This document shows positions 1 to 13,205 of a DNA stretch of 64,000 bases, piece by piece. The stretch's first letter is position 1, and each line of letters starts with the position of its first letter. This stretch comes from Octopus sinensis (lineage: Eukaryota). The position numbers and the translations under genes are program-made. The stretch lies in NCBI RefSeq assembly GCF_006345805.1, contig NC_043004.1, positions 18,042,001 to 18,106,000 of the forward strand, in the 5' to 3' direction. The notes beneath the pieces are model-generated. The model saw only the letters and a program-made list of their open reading frames with translations, had not been told where the DNA came from and searched no databases.

Positions 1-155
1 CACATATATATATATACATATATGACGGACTTCTTTCAGTTTTCGTCAACCAAATCCAGTCATAAGGCTTTGGTCGGCCCGAGGTTATAGTAGAAGACCT
101 GGAACCATGTGATTGGGAAGCAAGCTTCTTACCACACAGCCACTCCTGTGCATAT

Positions 156-244
<89 letters not shown>

Positions 245-2435
245 TTTCGTCTGTCGTTAGGTGCTGAGTTCAAATTCCGCCGAGGTCGACTTTGCCTTTC
301 ATCCTCTCGGGGTCGATAAATAAAGTACCGGTTATGTACTGGGGTCGATGTAATCGACTTAATCCTTTTGTCTGTCCTTGTTTGTCCTCTCTATGTATAG
401 CCCCTTGTGGGTAGTAAAGAAATATATATATATATATACAAATACATGAGCGCGCAAACACAGATAAGTGGTTTGCTTCCCAGCTAGATGGTTCCAGATT
501 CAGTCCTGCTGCGTGGTACCTTGTGCAAGTATCTTTTATAATGGCGTCGAGTCGGCCAAGGCCTTCTGAGTAGATTATTTATTTATTTATGGAGGAATGT
601 GTGAGAGGTGATATGCATACACACATGCAGTCGTACATACACATATACACGCATACATATATGTATATTACCTCTCACAAATACCTCAATGCTACAACAC
701 ACCCTACAAATACATTGCGCATATAGATCTCTCTTTTACCACCCACATATACTATACCTCTACGTACACAAACACATACAAACACCGACATCGTGAACTC
801 TCCACTTACCCTCTATCGCTCTTCCCTCCTTTTCTCTTCAACTCCATTCTTTCCTCGAACCCCTCTCCCTTTATCGCTTTCTCTCCTTCACTCTCACACT
901 TCCTACTTACTCTCCCTCTCCATCCACCATTCTCAAATGTAACCTTATTGTGACCCAGATTGTGTCTCCACTTCCAGTCGCCGTCTTTCCTGTTAATTTC
1001 CTTATTACCTGAGGTCTGTCGTGTGAACAGTAGCATATATAATTTTCTCTTTTTCTTGCCTTTCAATTTCTTTTCCTGTTCTTTTATCTCTCTTTGACAA
1101 AGCGCCTCATCCGAAACGTCAGATTTTCTTCTGTTTCTTCCCTTTGTATATTGTACACTTCTTTGCTATTGTTTCGCTTTATATGTCTACGCTTTTTCAG
1201 GCAAATGCATTCATTTGTCTGAATCCGCGTAGTAATTTTTGTTACTCTCCTCTACCTCAAATTTTACTCGTATTTGTGGGATTTTTACACACAACACATT
1301 TATATGAGTGCATGTGTGTGTATACATGCCTGTAAGTACGTGTGTATGTACATGTGTGTGTATGTGTTTGAGTGTACGTTCAACGCATAAGTAGAACAGA
1401 CGAGCGTAGAACAGGACTAAGTTCAAGTCAGAGCATTATTTCTGGTTGTAAATGCTGACTACATCAAGTCTTGTTATTCTAATCCCGTTTCCGATTATTA
1501 GATTGGATGTCAAGTGTTAGTCTGATGATCAGAAGAGTGCGAAATTCGAATAACCAGACATGAAGTAATAATTGCTACAACTATGTGTGTGTATATATTA
1601 TTCTTTTAAAAGAATAGTGTTGATAGTGACTTCGAAGCTTCGGATCGCTTAGCCTTCATTGGTTTGTGATATATTTGAGTTCATATTGGCTTTATATAAT
1701 CTCTAGCAAGATTTTTTGGTAGGGTGGGGCCTGTACGTGGAACTCTTGAATAATAATTAGGTTGTAGGGTAATCTCTGGTGGAAAGATACTAGAGACAGC
1801 TGTAATCAAAGTTGGTGTTGTGTTGCTTAGAGTTCAGTGCTGCGTGTAAAACTGTAATCGATATTTAGGTGTGTCAGCTTCGGGTCTTGGGGGTCGTATT
1901 TTAGGGTTCATAAAAGAATGCAGATTAGGGAAAAAGTTAGTTGGTCGACAGATGTGTAGCTAAGTTTAATCGTTGTTGATGCTATCTGAACACTGATGGG
2001 AAAATATTACTTGTTTGCTTTGGAAATATGGAGGTTTATTGTTAGGAGTTTAATCTAATTTATAAAACTTCGTAATTACGTATGTTTACTTAGATGCGTC
2101 GATTTTGTATTCTGGAGTTTTAGTTTAGAATTTCGGTTATCACGTGTCTTAAGTGTTCACAAAAGAATGTGAATAGACGGAAAGTTTAGATAGTCAGCAG
2201 ATACTTTTGCTTATTGTTGGTGCTATTTTAATACTATTTACAAGATTTAACTTGTTTGTTTCGTAAGGTGGAAGATATTGTTCAGAGTTCAATCAAGCTT
2301 GAAAGACTTTGTAATTACGTGTGTCAGCTTCAGGTCATGGTGCTTTTGTATGGAAATTTGGTTATCTTATGCTTTGGGGTTCACAAAAGTATGTAGGTTG
2401 GAGAAAGATTAGTTGAATAGCAGATTTCTAACTAG

Positions 2436-2779
2436 GAGTTAATTAGGTGTTTATAAATTGAGGATTTTGGAAGGAATTTATTCTTTATTTCTACATGTGC
2501 ACACGTTTCTATAATGCCCACATTTACGTATGTTCGTGGGTCCAAAGTAACATATCAAAATATCATTAAGAAAACCCACACTTGAAACCGAATCGAAGAA
2601 ACATTTATAAAAACCATAGTTTACAAAGTTTACGCCTCCAAAACATAACGGTAAAATTTTCTAATAGTAATCAAGTAAAACGAAGAACAATTAACAGAGA
2701 TCAATAAAATAAACATCACTAAAATAAGGAGTGGACTTGATATAATCGATAACGGCCCTTAGGTTGTTGAAGGTTTCCC
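2436..2779 (-). repeat. Left arm of a ~340-bp dispersed inverted repeat
   Basis: Reverse complement of 4072-4406 with scattered substitutions. Confidence 0.85.
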
Positions 2780-4071
2780 TGCATGGCTACAGTCTAATGA
2801 ATGAAAATAGTAACAATATAATTGATACGTTTGCACCTTTCCAAAATCAATTGAATTCCAACTGTGAAGCGAGTATATCAATGAGTTGGCAGTCTGTGAA
2901 ATTACTAATGAGTCATACTGATATCGTCTGTCATTTCTTTACATAGAAGCAGAACGGCCTGCATGGGGTCACTTGACCTGCTAGAAATAGCAGACAGTTT
3001 TTCAAGCTACATTAGTGACCACCCACTCTTGATGTGTGGGTGGCTAGTGTAGAATTTTTTTACCATTCATCTATCTTTTCCTGTTCTATTAGCTCCATAA
3101 TGTTACCAATTCTAATGTTTCTGTCTTTCCCTTAGACGTTTTCCAATAACCAATAAGTTTTATACACAATTTGCTCTTATGAGAAACTCCAAATACATAA
3201 ATTTTTGCTTGTCTTGTTCTTTTACAAGGCTCTGTTCAATACCAATTTCAAAATTATTCCTTGCCTTCTTTTAATGGACATATAAGATGTAATCTGGAGA
3301 GCACCATGTCTTGATAATAAGACCCCTGCAGTAAGGTAGAGGCATACTGGTGTTTGGTGCTTGAGATTTGACTGTGGGTCTCATATGAACCAGTTATTTG
3401 TAAATCAATGGTATTTGCTGTTTTTTTGTTTGTTTTGTTTTGCTATTTAATATCTCAGGACAAATTGTATTCAATAGACAAATAATCAAAAGCATTTGTC
3501 TCATAATGCTTAATGAAATTATTTTCTGAATTTGATGAAGGGCCCTACTTAAATCATCTTATGTTTCCTCTTCTTCACAGCAAACCATTTTTTGCCAATG
3601 GATCCCCTTTGGTTCCCATTTTACTGGGATGGAACCCCCACCCCACCCATTTGATGTTTTAAAAATCCTATCATATTTTTTTATATAATTAGATTTTATT
3701 CAGAATTGTATTTAAAACAATATTTTGTGCATTGTAGAAACATAAGCAATTTATTGCAGATAAATTTTAAAAACATCTGACATGGGCCCCCTCCTAGGGT
3801 CATGTGGACCCCAACTGATAACTGCTATAGACATTGATTTAAAGTACTAATGATATTCAGACAGAGTATCAGCCACTATGATTTCAATAGTGTAAGGGTG
3901 TAATGACTGCAAAAGTCATCGGCACATTTCTTTCATCTGTTTTATTAAATGCTAGCATCCATGGTTTTCACCTTTGTCAAAGGACTCTCACCAATCTCAA
4001 AGACCCTGAAAAGGGTCTTGAATGCCGTCTGCACTTTTCTTACTAATTTGCAGCCCTCAAAAGTCTTCTTG

Positions 4072-4406
4072 GGGAAACGTTCAACAACCTAACGGCTGTT
4101 ATTGATTATATCAACTCCAGTCCTTATTTTAGTGACGCTTATTTTATTGATCTCTGTTAATTGCTCTTCATTTTAGGTGATTACTATTAGAAAATTTTAC
4201 CTTTATTTTGGAGGCTTTGTGAACTATGGTTTTTATAAATGTTTCTTTGATTCGGTTTCACGTGTGGGTTGTGCTAATGATATTTTGATATGTTACTTTG
4301 GACCCACGGACATATGCAAATGTGGGCATTATAGGAACGTGTGCACATGTAGAAATTAAAATAAATTCCTTCCAAAATCCTCAACTTATAATAACCTAAT
4401 TAACTC
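4072..4406 (+). repeat. Right arm of a ~340-bp dispersed inverted repeat
   Basis: Reverse complement of 2436-2779. Confidence 0.85.
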
Positions 4407-5689
4407 TGCAATTGCAGAGGGTATGAGATGTTTTGGCAGAGTTTTTGATGCTGCCTATTAGGCATGGCTGATTCAATGTTGACTTTCTTGATGTCAAACG
4501 TTCTAATATCCCTTTTGTTGTCTCTTTCTCCCCTTCTCTGGTGAGAGAAAGGGCAAATAGCATTCAGGACCTTTCTGAGGGTCTTTGAGAGTGATGAGTA
4601 GGAGGGTAGCATTGGTGAGTCTCTTGAGGCTATTTGAGAATGGTGAGAGTCATGGATACCAAACTCCCTCTAACCAATCTCAAAGACCTTCAAAAGGGTC
4701 TTGAATGCCACCTGCCCTTTTCCTCTGTGATGCTCAAAAGGGTCATGGATACTACCCTCTCTCCAACCAATTGGAAAGACCCTCAAAAACGTCATGAATG
4801 TTACCACTCCCCCTGGATGTAGCTCAGTTTCTGAGGCCTTGAAACAATGGGTCACAAATACTGCCCTACCACCTCTGAATAAATTATTAGAAAATAAATA
4901 AATAGAAACAACAAACAAGTAAAAATATTTAAAACATAAATCAATTTTATTCAATAATCTTTTTTTTCCACAAAAAGATGTAAAGCTTAATTTCTGTTAT
5001 GAAATAATTCTTATTAATTAATTTATAATTTCTTTCATTTTGTCATTTTCATCATCTTTAATGCCTAATTTGGTATCTGTATTTCAATTATATACATCCA
5101 GTTTATATTTATTTTTTAATTACTTTTTATTTTATTTTATGTTTTTTTTTCTTTTCTTTTTGGATGATTTATCCTTCTGGTTGGATGATCTTGTACCCAC
5201 CCTGCACCCAGAAGATATTGCTAAAACATCTAAAAAAATTCAAGTTGAAGAAAAATAACATAGAATTAAATTAAATTAAAATATTTTAAAAACTTATATG
5301 TAAAAAAAAAAAAAATGAACAGTCCCGAATGAACATTTCCACCAGTCAGGTTGAAAATAAAAAGGAAAAAAAAAATACTAAAAATATTTTAGGAAAAAAA
5401 ACCCCTAAAAAACAGGATATTTCTATCTTGTGAGAAAAGTCGCTTGGATGAAGCACTGTTGAATGGACCAAATGTAAAGGAATACGGAGATGGACATAGG
5501 GATGCAGCTCCTTGGTTTGGAGGGCAAGGATCTGTATAAAAGAATAATCGCAAACCTAACATAGAAGTAGATTTCCACAAGAACTCAACCCAAAAATACA
5601 TGATTTCTAGTTGTCTTCACCGTTTAATATATGTCACAGCCAGAGTCATTGAAAAGGACTACAGATTGTTGTAATTATTATTATTACTA

Positions 5690-6045
5690 TTGAATAAGAG
5701 AGCAGTGCACGCCATCAAAGTGACGCTGGGGTACAAATACACAAAGCCCAATATACCCACCATGACTACCTGTCTGATAAGGTACACTGGGCACATGCAT
5801 CACAACCATATGTGCATGACATGGTGACCTTATATCAAGATAAACACAGCACATGACCTTGCAGGTGGGGCCCAGTTAGAATTTTCTTCAGGTCGAGTTG
5901 CTCATCTTGATCAAAAGGTCCCTGAATAAGGTTTGTTTAAGGATGATGAACAAAACAACCCTGTTTCCAAAGGTGAATTATTCAAACCCCCAAAAGAATC
6001 CCTGTCAACACATGGCTATGATGCTCCCCACTACTACTCCTGTTC
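5690..6045. repeat. Unclassified interspersed-repeat-like segment
   Basis: Higher-GC block distinct from its flanks; single copy in window, so assignment is inference only. Confidence 0.3.
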
Positions 6046-7710
6046 ACGATTAATTATACTTTTCATTAGTTAGTATTAATTTATTATACATTATTCAAAT
6101 TTAAAAACCAAATAAAATAAAATTTCACAGGTCACATCACAGCACAGCCTCTCTCTCTCTATATATATATATTTCTCTCGCTTATTAAAAATTGTGTGCA
6201 TGCATATGTGTGTGTGTGTGCATGCCCATGCATGCATCTGAATGTGGCTTTCATATATGAACTAATACATGAGTTTGCATATCAGAGTGGTTTTCTGTGT
6301 ATACATAGACAAATTCAGAAATCAACAGTTGAATACATACACATGTGTGTGTGTGTGTGTGTGTAAAATTTCCTGTTAAATAGGTAACGTGTGCTCAGAT
6401 TTTCCTCTCTTTGCCTTACCATAACATATTCAACAGTCCATTCAAAACCATATCTTTACCAAAAATTAACCCCTACCCTCAATACATTTTTTTTCAAAAT
6501 TACAGACTTTTATCCGTAATGGCATGTCAGTCTGGGAGAAAATCCTTGATTCTTGGGATTAATTGCCCCATCACATTTGGAGTTGACACCAATTATAATC
6601 AAACAACTGGATTATTCTCTCTGGAAATTAGAGATAATTTCAAAAAATCAAGAACTCATATAAGTGCAGGTGTGGTTGTGTGGTAAGAAGTTTCCTTCTC
6701 AACCACACAGTTTCATGTTCAGTCCCACTGTATGGGACCTTGGGCAAGTATCTTTTACTATGCCCTCAAGTGAAACAGTCTTGTGAGTGGATATGGTAGA
6801 CAGAAACTGAAAGAAACCTGTTGCACATGCGTGTGTGTTTGTCTCCCACCACCACTTGACAACTGGTGTTGGTGTGTTTACATCCTGTGACTTGTTGATT
6901 TGGGAAAAGAGACAAATAGAATAAGTACCAGAGTTTTTTTTTTTTTTAAAAAAGACCTGGGGTCAATTTGTTGAACTAAAATTTTTCAAGGTGGTGCTCC
7001 AGCATGGCCACAATCCAATGACTGAAACAAATAAAAGAACAAAAGATGAAAGAATTTATTTTACATGTCACCTAATGTCCTCTTAGTCATCTTTGATGTT
7101 TAAATAAATGCCACAGGGCAATCTGAGTTATTTCTTTCAGCTCATTTGCATTTCATTTATTATGCAAATTACCTGGGCCATTAATGTGTTCAGCTCATTT
7201 TTTGTATATGTCCACATACCTTGTCAGCTGAAGATAATGTAAAACAATTGCTGTGTGGGCAACGCAGAAACAAAGTAAAACAAACCTGCGTCCACAGCTG
7301 CCCTCGTGCCTTCAGAGAATCAAATTGTCTTTTCCTTAATGGCAAATAAAATTCTGGAGAATTCTCAATTCTTGAAATTATCTTCCTTTCTAAATTGAAG
7401 TTGGTATCAACAAGCACCAAGTGATTGGTATCTCCTCTCTGGGAAGGGAGGTAATTTCAATAAATTACGAATTTCTTTGTGTATCTTGTTTAATATGCAG
7501 CAATTTGACTTGGTTGTTTAAATACATCTCTAGCCATTGAGTTATCTCCCTTAGCTCATTTTCGTTTTTTTTACTATCATCATCATCACCCACATCATAT
7601 TTACATTTTCATGCTTGCATGGGTTAGATGCTTCCTCCCCAACACAGTATCTCTCTCTCTCATACACACATACATACTTTTTGTTTCAGGCAGTGGCCAT
7701 GCTGTATGTG

Positions 7711-7758
<48 letters not shown>

Positions 7759-8447
7759 CCTGATAGCCAAGCTAGCAGATATCATTCAAGACCTGAAACG
7801 ATAATGCAAAGCGCATTGTGACCAGCAATGTATAACTACATCTGATAGTCTGGTCAATCACATGAGATATATATATATATATATATAAGAACACATACAT
7901 ACACACTCACATGCTTACATATGTATACACACATATACATAAAAATACACACACACACACACACATATATATATTATATATATGTGTGTATATAAAATAT
8001 TCTATCCCAGACTATCAGTCCTACTATCAACCCTGTCAAAAGTGCACCAAATGAGACCAAACCAACAATAAATGGAACAAAGGAACGGCCAAATCTTTTG
8101 CAAAGTCACTGTCATATGTGCTTTTTTTTTGTTTTTCTTTTTTTTTCAGCAGTAAAACACCCAGTAATAAAATCTATCCTCTCCCCCCCAACATTTAGGC
8201 TTCATTTTTAAAGCTCCGTTTTTACATTAATTATGCAATTATTCTCTGTTGGTTAACATTTGGAAGAAAAGTTTTTAGAACAGGAGAGAAGAATTTCATC
8301 AAGAAATTTTGTTGACCTTCATTCCATGAATTCTTTTAATGTTTGCTTCTCCGTTATAATTCAAAGTTTTCTCTAAACACACTATCAGCATATATCTTTA
8401 CTTACAAAATGAATTCATATACATACCTACATGTATATTTATATTTA

Positions 8448-8495
<48 letters not shown>

Positions 8496-8682
8496 TACAT
8501 ACCCACATATATATATATGTGTGTGTGCATACATGTACATATACACACACACACACACTGATTTAAAAATTTACACGTATATCTATAATGAGTGTATATT
8601 GGTGTATATACACTCTCATACACATAAGCAAAGTTTTAAAATTTGGTAGTTATTTTGTATACAAAATGCTATTTACATATAT

Positions 8683-8716
<34 letters not shown>

Positions 8717-9282
8717 GTGGATTGAACAGAGATCTTTCAAAATGTGTAAAGTCCATTATAAATTATGTATGTCGTCAGTAAAAGTCCATGAGGAAGACAA
8801 GGCCATTGCTAACTCCGAACTGTGTTGGGTGTCAATCATTTGTATACAGAAGCATATAGCTTACACCTGTAGGAAACTGAAGACAACGTAAGCACCAAGG
8901 TGCTTCCTGGAGTTTCACAAACATAGTCATAAAGACATCTGAGGTGTTTCATAATGAATTCCAAGAAGCTCTAAAATATTTCATAAACATTCTCTAGGAG
9001 CTGCAAAGTATTTTTCACCACAACCCCTTAAAATGCTCATGAAGAGCTTCCTTATGGTATCCCCACACACGAAATAGGAGTTTCTCTATGACTGTCAAGC
9101 ATCCCCAAGGAGTTTCCACTATAACCACTGTAAGGAGTTTTATAATGATCACCAAGGAGCTGCAGTAAATTTCCTAATGAGCTTCAAGCAACTGCACGAA
9201 GTTTCATTAGAACTGCCAAATAGCTTTAAGGGGTTGTTTACAGATAGATGTTCCAGAATGTGGGTCCTAAAACGAAGGTGGT

Positions 9283-9424
9283 CTATTTTATCTCAGCTTT
9301 ACTTTTGGTCCCAACAATTATGAGTTTGCCATCACGGAGAGCGACAAGAATGTGGGTGTTACCGGGTGTGAATGCAATGCACTGTATTGGCACCAGCAAG
9401 GGAATCGTTGTGATTACAGCAAGT
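9283..9424 (-). CDS. NBEAL1: Neurobeachin-like terminal coding exon 30/30
   Basis: ccccccag|A CTT...ATA AAA TAG; LAVITTIPLLVPIQCIAFTPGNTHILVALRDGKLIIVGTKSKAEIK*; resembles NBEAL HILVGLEDGKLIVVG. Confidence 0.95.
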
Positions 9425-9844
9425 CTGGGGGGAAAAAGAAGAAAAAACAAAAAAAGAAATTAGATACATAGATATTCAATGAAGTTTCCACAAATTTTAC
9501 CTAATACATTTTCCTCATTTTTCATGGGAATTAAATACCAGTGATAAATGAACAACAGAACATAAAGGAAACAAAGGATTTTGTTCCAAGACCCCAAATT
9601 GTCTGGAGCATTGTAGAAGCTCACTGGGGTGTGCTTTTGTGGTCCGACCCATGTTATCAATCAATTCAAGATAAACGTCACATTATTTACAATTAGCGTA
9701 CTATGTTATCCAAGTTCAGCAATGAATGAATCAGTGATGAACAAATATAAATCTATCTCATCAATTTATCCTGTAAGATACATACTAAAAATGTTATTAT
9801 CAACAAGGCCAAAACATCCAGAAAGTGAAAAGGTCTTTATTCTT

Positions 9845-10145
9845 TTATTTGTTTCAGTCATTTGACTGCGGCCATGCTTTTTAGTCGAACAAATCAACCC
9901 CGGGACTTATTCTTTGTAAGCCTACTACTTATTCTATCGATCTCTTTTTCCGAATTGCTAAGTTACGGGGATGTAAACACACCAAACGACGGGCTTCTTT
10001 CAGTTTCCATCTACCAAATCCACTCACAAGACTTTGGTCGGCCCGAGGCTATAGTAGAAGACACTTGCCCAAGGTGTCACGCAGTGGGACTGAACCCGGA
10101 ACCATGTGGTTGGTAAGCAAGCTACTTACCACACAGCCACTCCTG
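9845..10145 (-). mobile_element. tRNA-derived CORE-type SINE (most abundant family in window)
   Basis: Head ggagtggctgtgtggtaag...ggttcagtccc, CORE-like accttgggcaagtgtc, tail gactgaaacaa. Confidence 0.8.
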
Positions 10146-10619
10146 CAGCTATGTAAAATTAGTGAATGTTACAAACACAATACATCATATACATATCTGA
10201 AGGGTTGATGCTGGTAGAGAGAATTGGGGGACAAATTCAAATACTTTGTTGTATTTGGTTAGGTTCCAAGTATCAGGAGATTTAAAATACAAATTGAGCT
10301 TTTTATATTTCTGGGTTTAATAAAATATTTACTTGTAGTTCATCAACTATACCCTTATCTCTCTCTCTCTCTTTGAAGTTTATAAACTGATAAATAATTT
10401 AGAATTCTGGCCATTGTCCACTCTGCGTTCTTATATATTTGTCATGTTATGTTGGCAAACAATCTTTACTCCAAAGTACTGTTGCTGAATATCTCTCGTT
10501 GTGAGAATTACAAATAATTTTCTAAACTACTTACAGAGTTCCTTGTTAGTTTGCCCGATGTTTTCTTTGGAGTTGTATAGAAACAGGTTAAGTTTTAGAG
10601 GTGGAATAGTCTGACTTAC

Positions 10620-10768
10620 CCAAAAAGTTCATAAATAGTGAGATATCCTTGATCATTGCCAGTAACGAGGTAATCTTCACCAATAGCCATATGGTGAATG
10701 GCATGGGAAACTTGGTGTTGGAAGAGATGTTTACCATTAATTGTATACAATTGGAGAGAATATTTGGT
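10620..10768 (-). CDS. NBEAL1: Neurobeachin-like exon 29/30 (WD40)
   Basis: atttccag|ACC AAA...TTT GG|gtaagt; TKYSLQLYTINGKHLFQHQVSHAIHHMAIGEDYLVTGNDQGYLTIYELF. Confidence 0.95.
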
Positions 10769-11244
10769 CTGGAAATAAGACAAAAATACACATCATAAAA
10801 CACAGATGAACAAAATCAATACAATAAACCTCAGAAAAAAACAGAATGGATTGAAAAGTGACACGGCTGAAATTCTTTTATTTGTTAATTTGTTTCAGTC
10901 ATTTGACTGCGGCCATGCTGGAGCACCACCTTTAGTCGAACAAATCTACCCCAGGACTTGTTCTCTGTAAGTCTAGTACTTATTCTATTGATTCTTTTGT
11001 TGAACCACTAAGTTACAGGGACATAAATACACCAACATTGGTTGTCAGGCAATGGTGAGGGAACAAACACAGACACAAACATACACACACACACACATAT
11101 ATATCAAAGTACAGGTGATGTACTTTGATATCACCTGTACATCAAAGTACAGGTGATAAGAGGGATAAAAATATCCAAGATTTAACTGGTTGAACACCTA
11201 ACAATATAGGCACATACATATATATCATTAATATTATCAAAACC

Positions 11245-11725
11245 AAGAGAGAAGATGGAGATAAGATTAATAAAAGTTTATTTATACATTGACAAGATCA
11301 GACCTACACATGTTTCAATTCATCACTTGTAGCATGAAATCAACCAAATTTAATTGAATTTAACTAGATCAATTTAGTTAATAACTACAAGTGAGAATAT
11401 CTTCAGGGAAGGACATAAAAATAAATTTATTATATTTAAAATATTAAAAAGGAAGAATAGAGTGTACCATTAAAGTTTAAAATATATACATTAATAAAAA
11501 TAGATACAGTTAATTGTATCTGTTATGTTTTAAATATGAAAAGTTTCTTTGTATGTCCTTCCTTGAATATATTCTCATGTGTGGTAATTAACTAAATTGA
11601 TTTAGTTAAATTAAATTAAATTTGGTTTATTTTTATGCTACAAGTGATGAATCGAAACAAGTGTAGGTCTGATCTTGTCAATGTATTAGTAAACTTTTAT
11701 TAATCTTATCTCAGTCTTCTCTCTT
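11245..11725. repeat. AT-rich ~480-bp palindrome with a decayed hammerhead-like core
   Basis: Arms ~11245-11445 and ~11530-11725 are reverse complements. Confidence 0.85.
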
Positions 11726-12544
11726 TTAAGCTAACTCCGGTGGAGGGATCTTCATTGGGCCTTGAGCTCAATAATGACACTTCATGCATTGAGTACATAT
11801 TAAATTTTATTAAATTTGACCAATATTTTTCAAGCAATGAACAATTTTCGACAAAACAATGATATAATATGTTGACTTGGAACTTATTGCAAAGCTTCAT
11901 TATAAACAACATTTTTTGTCTTCACCTGGGGTCAGTACAATTTTCTTTCTGTCTAACCTCTTTCTTTCTCTCTCTCTCTCTCTCTGTTGACTGTTTTCAA
12001 CTATCACCCTCGACACCACAACTGCCATACACATACCATTCAAACTTCTGACGTCACCACCATCAATACCTTTGACTTCACCGACTTCCCCCTCCACCAC
12101 AATCACCACTGTCTTTCACATCATTTACTATCACTGTCATCTCTCACTGCCTCAGCTACCATCACCATCGCTTCTGCCTCTATCACAACTAGAGCCCATA
12201 CCATTACTATCACCCCATTACCATCTCAACTGTCAGTCTACTACTGCCCTCACCGTCTCTATGCCTACTATTACTCTCACCCCAGCAAGAGGAGTAGAAA
12301 GAGTGTCATTGAATAGTGAGAGAGGAGGGTCAAAGTGTGACACACTGACACACAGAAATTTGTTTTGGCATTTATTATTATATACATGAGAGACTTCTTT
12401 CAGTTTCTATCTACCAAAGCCACTCACAAGGCTTTGGTTGGCTCGAGGCTATAGTACGAGACACTTGCCCAGAACCATGTGGTTGGGAAGCAAGCTTCTT
12501 ACCACACAGCCACACCTATCCACCCTCACCCATCTCTACCTACT

Positions 12545-12850
12545 ATTCCTGGGAGGTATGTGGGGGTAGAGTCCTAAGGCATTTCCTCCTTGGAGTCCTA
12601 TCAGAAATAACCATTGTTAGACTCTCTGGTTGGATGGCCAAGCAGGACCAACTGCGACTTTGGATATTATCCAACCATCTCATTCTTGGTTTACCCCTGG
12701 GTCTCCTTTCCATTGGCTCTATCTCATCATTCTTTCTTGCAGTAGTCTAACCCCATACCTTTAGTCCCACAGTTGTATTGTTTCAATGCAAAGAAGTATC
12801 AGGTCAACCCAGAGAGACTCCCTCGATCTCAGCTACACACCCTGTCAAGA
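12545..12850 (-). mobile_element. RTE-type LINE 3' fragment (decayed)
   Basis: Translates to ERRPRGKPRMRWLDNIQSRSWSCLAIQPESLTMVISDR, resembling the RTE ORF C-terminus (KRPRGRPR.RW.D motif). Confidence 0.65.
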
Positions 12851-13043
12851 AACGGTAGTCCAGTGATCCATCAAAGGAACCCTATTTCAGCAGCTTGTTT
12901 TCATGATATTTTTCAGTAAATCAAAAGATTCCAGACAGCACCAGTACCTAGGACCTGGTGAGTCAATCATGATGCAGAAGAGGAGGTCACAGGAGAGAAA
13001 GAGAAAGCAAAAACGAAAAAAAAAAAGAAAACGATATACTCAC

Positions 13044-13205
13044 AGTAGTTCTTGGTGTCTGATAATGTTCACAGAAAAGGCAAATTTGGCCATTATCTGC
13101 CACATCAATTTGAGGTATATTTAAACAATCCGCTGGATCGCAAGGTGGCTGTAGAGTTCTCATGTAGTGTCCTTTACGAACAGTGTGAATGATAACAGTA
13201 CCATC
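13044..13205 (-). CDS. NBEAL1: Neurobeachin-like exon 28/30 (WD40)
   Basis: ctctccag|GAT GGT...ACT ACT|gtgagt; DGTVIIHTVRKGHYMRTLQPPCDPADCLNIPQIDVADNGQICLFCEHYQTPRTT. Confidence 0.95.

Noticed and set aside
85-319. YIYI / HTHT / VCVC ORFs here and throughout the window
   Set aside because: Translations of (TA)n and (CA)n microsatellites.
1520-1556. CTGATGA...GCGAAATTC as another hammerhead
   Set aside because: No credible stem II or stem III, and only a weak offset stem I.
5405-5545. Short open frame (SCEKSRLDEALLNGPNVKEYG...) as an exon of a second gene
   Set aside because: No convincing splice sites, partner exons or recognisable homology.
4900-9280. Polyadenylation site or 3' UTR end
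   Set aside because: Several AATAAA candidates exist in AT-rich sequence (e.g. ~7156, ~7096, ~4946 on the minus strand); none can be chosen without transcript data.
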